Of a stretch of 40,388 bases of DNA, positions 35,200 through 40,388 are shown piece by piece; positions within the stretch are counted from its first letter, which is position 1; each line of letters opens with the position of its first letter. The notes under the pieces were generated by a model that saw nothing but the letters and a program-made list of their open reading frames with translations, searched no databases and was not told the origin of the DNA. The position numbers and the translations under genes are program-made. Origin of the DNA: Dimargaris cristalligena (Eukaryota); contig ML002339.1 of assembly GCA_003614675.1 (NCBI GenBank), positions 1 to 40,388 of the forward strand. Direction: 5' to 3'.

Positions 35200-37467
35200 T
35201 CACTGGGGCACCGTTCGGTCATCGATATAGTGCCCATTGGCCCGTTTGGCTAAGCCCACTCCCATGCCGTGGCGGGCGAAGATGTCCCAGATCGCGTCCT
35301 CATGTCGAGCCTCGTACAGGACAGAGTCAGCGAATAACACCGCGTCCCGGGCGTGCAGGACCGTGGGCTGGCAGGGGGTCAATTGCATCGCGAATAAAGC
35401 CAGTCGCATAAAGTCCCGCCAGGCCTGCTTCTGACCAGACCTAAAATACCATACGGGCTCGTTCTCTTCCTCCTCCAGGAAAACCCAGGCCACTGCGAAC
35501 ATAACATTGGCCCACATATCCCCGAGGGTTCCCGGAACGCCATTCATGGGGTGTTGCATGTTCTCGATCGTGAAGGGGTAAATGTAGTGTCTAGTCGATA
35601 CGGGCATGCGGAAGTTTTGGAACGACGAGTCGCTGCCGGTAGGGGTGGCAGTGGAGGCCGAGAAGATGGTGGGGAGCTGGGCGGCTAGCTTAACGTCATC
35701 CGTGGCCTTTTGTCCCTCTTTAATATTAAATAGGAGCGTCAGCGCCTTACTCCAACCCCGGGCTACACCCCGCCCTTCGTCCGAGGCCAGGCATTCGGTT
35801 GGGTTTCGGATGCTCGTCCGACTCACTCGCCTCATTTGACCCCCGCCTACCAGTCGGTTGGCCAGGAGCAGGAGCAGTTGGAACTCTATCACGTCCGGCA
35901 GACCGGCCGGGTCGACTACTTTACCGTCCTGGAGGTAGAGTCCCGTTTCGAAGCGGGGCGGTACACTGTCCTGGGGTAACCAGAGGGTAGTCCGGTGGGG
36001 GGCATCCGGGGACCAATAGTCGTCATTCAATTTGAATTTCCCCCAGGATCCCGTCCCGCTTTTGTCCCCTAACCCCAAGACATCCATGAAGTCGAGCTGT
36101 CCCAGGATTTCCAAGACCGTTTCCACGGTGTCTTGGAACACTGGGAAGGGATTGGGCGGGTAGGTGTAGCTCATTACTGCCTGTAGTTGGTGCTGGAACT
36201 CCGTCTGGTGTTCCAAGGGCATGTTGGACCAGGAGTGGCGGGCCATCCCTTCGTCTAAATCGTAGTTCAGTCGAACTGCATGGCGGATAATGAAGTCGCC
36301 CATTAGGGTGTACACGGCGTAGTCATTCTCGAGCGTAGTAATCCGCACCTCCCACACTTTGTCCAAGTTGTTGGTGCCCGGGGTGTGGTAGTACATGGGG
36401 CAGATATCGATTGGCTTGGTGATGATGGAGTCGCGACTAGAAGTGACGAAGACTTGGTGGCATTCAGCTTGGGAAGGGGGAGGGCCGTAGGTGGGACTCG
36501 GTTCATCGGCATCCCCCTCCCACTCCTCCTCGACCGGACTACCCTTTGGGGAGGAGAAGGTGGTTAAAAACGAGAATAGGGATTTCGGGGATCGGGTCGG
36601 AATACTGGTGCCGGCTATTTCCACTCTATCCGGTTCATCCTCAGCCAGGTCGTCGGCCATATGGAGCCCCAGGATTTCAATTTGACGCGGCGTTAGGCGC
36701 AGCACTTCCCGAATAGCCATAGTAGCCACCTCCCGCAAAGTGACCGCCCAGCTGGCCAAGTGGGGGGGTACTTCCTGAGGGTTCGACACTAGGGAATGCT
36801 GAACCAGAGGGACCTCAAACTTCTGATACACAGCCACAAGAGAGTGGGCATTAGCAATTGGGAGGTCCTGGTAGAACTGCTGGAAGGAAACCAGCTTGAG
36901 GCCCCCGTAAGTGACCACCGGGTTGGTAGCCGCGATATTGCCAATCTCCCGAAGATCATTGCGCGAAATACCCTGGGTGATACTCAACAGGTGATCCAGG
37001 GCCACCGTCACGCTTAACGCCTCGACGTCGTCCAATGGCAATATATCCGAAATACTGGAGCTTATGGAGTGGGTATCGTCGGACCCAGGGTTAGAAAACT
37101 GTCCTTCGATATTGGAGGGGCTCAATTGTACTATAGGGAGGGCGTACATGGGTTGTAGAGGACTCATGGGACTCATCGGGGAACTCGGCCGCATGGTTTT
37201 CACTGGATTGGCGTCGGGGGATACGTTGGCCGATAGTTTGCGCTTGATTTGGGACTTGGGGCGGCTCACATTTGCCAATCGCTTGGGGGTCTGTATTTTA
37301 ACGCGGGCCTTCTGCGACGGCGAATGGGATTCTGATTCGAGGGATGGGGAGTGGTAATTGCGGAGCGAATCTATAAACGGGCTGGTAGATATCGTAGGTT
37401 GACTTATGGCCGGCGTGGCGCCGAGGGCCAGGATGGCCATCCACCAAATACTCTGTTGGCAAATCAT
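35200..37467 (-). CDS. Secreted fungalysin (peptidase M36)-like protein, predicted catalytically inactive; intronless, ~755 aa from the first ATG
   Basis: Single long ORF with a signal-peptide-like start (MICQQSIWWMAILALGATPAIS). It has an FTP-propeptide-like segment (GLKLVSFQQFYQDLPIANAHSLVAV) and KVWEV, resembling the end of the prodomain. M36 catalytic-domain landmarks appear in the expected order: LANRLVGG, CL..DEGRGVARGWS, LGDMWANVMFAV, AMQLTPCQPTVLHARDAVLFAD and IWDIFARHGMG. The HEXXH position reads FQLLL and EGWSD reads RGWSK. Confidence 0.88.
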   Translation of the reverse strand: MICQQSIWWMAILALGATPAISQPTISTSPFIDSLRNYHSPSLESESHSPSQKARVKIQTPKRLANVSRPKSQIKRKLSANVSPDANPVKTMRPSSPMSPMSPLQPMYALPIVQLSPSNIEGQFSNPGSDDTHSISSSISDILPLDDVEALSVTVALDHLLSITQGISRNDLREIGNIAATNPVVTYGGLKLVSFQQFYQDLPIANAHSLVAVYQKFEVPLVQHSLVSNPQEVPPHLASWAVTLREVATMAIREVLRLTPRQIEILGLHMADDLAEDEPDRVEIAGTSIPTRSPKSLFSFLTTFSSPKGSPVEEEWEGDADEPSPTYGPPPSQAECHQVFVTSSRDSIITKPIDICPMYYHTPGTNNLDKVWEVRITTLENDYAVYTLMGDFIIRHAVRLNYDLDEGMARHSWSNMPLEHQTEFQHQLQAVMSYTYPPNPFPVFQDTVETVLEILGQLDFMDVLGLGDKSGTGSWGKFKLNDDYWSPDAPHRTTLWLPQDSVPPRFETGLYLQDGKVVDPAGLPDVIEFQLLLLLANRLVGGGQMRRVSRTSIRNPTECLASDEGRGVARGWSKALTLLFNIKEGQKATDDVKLAAQLPTIFSASTATPTGSDSSFQNFRMPVSTRHYIYPFTIENMQHPMNGVPGTLGDMWANVMFAVAWVFLEEEENEPVWYFRSGQKQAWRDFMRLALFAMQLTPCQPTVLHARDAVLFADSVLYEARHEDAIWDIFARHGMGVGLAKRANGHYIDDRTVPQ

Positions 37468-40388
37468 ACTATTGAATATCAAGTTGTAGGTAGCTTAATA
37501 AATGCGATTGGGCGATGATGGGTGGGGGAGGAAGAGTAAAGGACAGGATAATGTAGGTCTATGGTGATAAATGTTGGGCAAAAAGCGGCTAAGGTAGATT
37601 TCATTACAAGCTTGCCACCAAGGCAATGCGAATACCGGTTGTTTTGTGATGCGAGTGCGGCTTCGTAACCACGACACTACCGGGGGAATGGGTGGGTTAT
37701 ATAGAATAAGGTCAACCGCTGCCCTCAAGCTGTGTGCTACCTAACCTATTGTGAACGGAAGTGTAATTTTATAAAGGAAGAGGGAAACGGAAGTCCAAGG
37801 TTGGTCCAACGTCAACTTCTCACCTCTTGCCATGGGCTATCCGACCCCTTAGCCATTCCGCCATTTCTTCCACTCACCTCCTTATCCCATGATTCTGGTA
37901 CGACAGGTGGCTATTAAACTGAAACGTCTCAATGCCTTTACGTAAAAGCAATACCACGGTGTTATTGGACAGATAGTAAATTCGAATGGGAAATTAGAGT
38001 AGCCCCAGCTCCAAAGTTAATGGGTGGGGTGTATCAGCCCAGGTCCACGCTCCAGTTGGGACTGGTTTAGGCGACCACAAAAGCAGAAGGCGGGAGGCAC
38101 CTGAGCGGACAGGGGGGGTAAAGTGTCGATTTTTGAATGGAAACCAGTCCCACGTTGCACCATGGTTGATTGGAAGAATGGCCTAGTCGGTTCGCTGACG
38201 CGTATGGTAATGCGAATGCAGTAGGCGGCGGGGGAGGTCTGGTGTTACGGTGATGTTCGAGAGTAGCTGCAATACTAGGTGAAGGGTCGGCCCGGTACTG
38301 CTGGCCAAGTCATTTGTTTGAATCGATCAGAATTATACAGGCGGACTGCTTCTGTTGTTGCGCTGAATAAACTTGCCGCAACATGGGGAGCGGCTAATCG
38401 TATTTTCATATTAATCCTCCAATATAAGCTTCAGGTATTATTTATCCGGTCTTTTGGCTATCGTGTATCATTAAACCCGTTAAAAGATTAATTCACCAAC
38501 ATTAAAGGCTTTACTGGCAGCTATATTAAACATCACTGTCATACCGGTTATACTGGAAACAACCCCACAGTGGTACTATCTTTACTCACTCATTATAAAC
38601 GAAAGCAGCCATTCCACTTAATACCTTTGTCGTTTAATTCAATGTAATACTATCACTGTAAAGAAAACATAAAGGTGATTTGGTGGTCATCATTGGCCTT
38701 CCTGAGGCCGATTGGCTATGGGAATAGTTGCGCACCATCCAACTGCCCTGCTCTGCAACACTTGTGCAATGTCAAGTGCAGCATCACGGGCCTCTAGGGC
38801 TCAAGGCCATACGGGGTGCTAGTAGTACGGTTGGGTTTCCGTTCGGGTCACAGCTGGCAACCATGGAAAAATGTGATGTTGTTACTCACACGCTCCCTTT
38901 TTTAGCTTAATGATTGGTTACTTTAGTAGTGTAAATTATCATTAAAAATGAAAAATTATAATTTTAGTCGATTATAAGAGTAGTGTATACCTCGATAGGT
39001 AGCCCAAAGTACATGGCTGATATTGCCCGGCGCCTCGCACAACTCCGGTGACCACATTGTCAAAGAAAGGACCGCTGATTGGGGAGGGGGAGAGGGTCCA
39101 TGCCAAGGCGAGTCTAGGTAGGTGCACGCATGTATGGGCTAGTGGACTATTGGTGACCGAATGTTCGACTGTTTCCGCCTTTTCAGGAGCTTAACGCAAT
39201 GAATTGCCCTACTTAGCAATTATTTCGATTCTTATTCTACCCCAATTTATGGCTCGCTTGATCCTCGGTGTGTTCTTCGAGACCCATACTGTACTTCCAA
39301 CCGCCCATGGCTCTCCCTAACCGGCCGTCTATACACAACTTTCTTTGCGTGTTTGACACCAAAACCAACCGGCACCATATATTAGCCGAACTTAGCTCTA
39401 GATATCCATGGAACTACTGACGCCCCACTATGTCGGAAAGCCACCACCGGTAAACTATATATAAAGGAACCCTGCGGGCAGTGATTGCAATTATTAGCTA
39501 TATTCATAATTAATTCGTCAATTCACCACATTACCTGTAGGGTTAAAGTGTAAAAGTTATAGAGCAAAGCCATAGTCTTAGTTCAAATATAGCCTGCACC
39601 TAAAAATACTAGTTCCAGCAGCTATGGATGCCCTGCCCCAGTGTGCTCATAACGTATTAACTTCTTTGGTGTAAAACACGCCATTTATGAGTACTTGCCT
39701 CCCTACTTAGTTTTACAGAGAATTAGAAACCGAGTGTATAGTAAGATTATGGATTTTTTGGATACACATCATAAAGTCGGTGTACTATTCCACCAATTGA
39801 AAAATAATACATTGTTAAGGGCTTGTTGGGGGAGTAGGGGTGCGTGATGAATAGGTGGTTTATTGATATGATAATAGCCAAGGAAAGTAACCTCTCCCTG
39901 GGCCATGAGATGGTGGGCGCTGTTGGCTTGGTTGGTAACTGATGAGCATAAATCCCTTCATCCAGCTAGTTGTTGCACTGGTCACTATATTGGTTGAGAC
40001 ACTCATTACAACTCAAACTAAACAAAGTCGCTAAGCATAGACCCTGTATGGTCTTGGTTATAGATCCACTCAAAGACCCGCCACATGACCCTTGAATTGG
40101 CCATTGGCCCTTTGAGCTTATACAATTACCTTCCCTCTAAAAGCAGTGGAGCACACTAACTACCTATATATAGTATTTTTTTCAGGGTTTATTTAATCCA
40201 GAGAGGATAATTATTTATATAGGTGTATCCAAATGTTGGCCCTCTTAATCTGACTTAATCTGGACTTAATGATTGTCCACCCTTATTAGGCCTGATAGCA
40301 CCATATTAACCCTCCCATAGTGTTATGATGGGCTATAAGTAAGACCAGGTACCACAAGATGGACAGGACTTCAAAGGATGGAAAATAG

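Noticed and set aside
35163-37357. Plus-strand ORFs overlapping the M36-like gene, and a GTGAGT donor-like word at ~35826
   Set aside because: The ORFs are antisense shadows of a GC-rich CDS. The M36 motifs stay in frame on both sides of the donor-like word, so no intron is needed.
39844-39942. Box C (GTGATGA) ... box D (CTGA) spacing resembling a C/D snoRNA
   Set aside because: No convincing terminal stem or recognisable rRNA-complementary guide; snoscan or Infernal support would be needed.
39456-40388. TATATATAAAG at 39456, a short CTTAATCTG(G)A tandem at 40244-40272 and a terminal mini-ORF MDRTSKDGK
   Set aside because: No supportable downstream CDS inside the window.
1-40388. Prokaryotic systems (CRISPR arrays, operons, IS elements) and rRNA/snRNA genes
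   Set aside because: The sequence is intron-containing eukaryotic DNA. I saw no regularly spaced repeats, transposase/RT ORFs or conserved rRNA/snRNA motifs by eye.

Overview
Eukaryotic, gene-poor fungal DNA with GT-AG introns, CTRAY branch points and many microsatellites and homopolymers. An early-diverging fungus is my guess, but the taxon cannot be established from this sequence. I can support four protein-coding genes. (1) The 5' end of an NC2-beta/Dr1-like histone-fold gene runs off the left edge on the minus strand. (2) A five-exon SGF73/ataxin-7 (SAGA DUB-module) gene is transcribed divergently from it behind an ~820-nt AUG-free leader. (3) A small Ecl1-family four-cysteine lifespan-regulator gene sits alone in a ~31-kb stretch with no other recognisable CDS. 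(4) An intronless, secreted fungalysin (M36)-like gene has all three zinc ligands and the catalytic Glu replaced, making it a probable pseudo-protease; this is the most interesting element. I saw no tRNA, rRNA, CRISPR array or intact transposon. Most ORF-track entries look like spurious non-coding ORFs. All family assignments come from motif recognition by eye, not from database searches.
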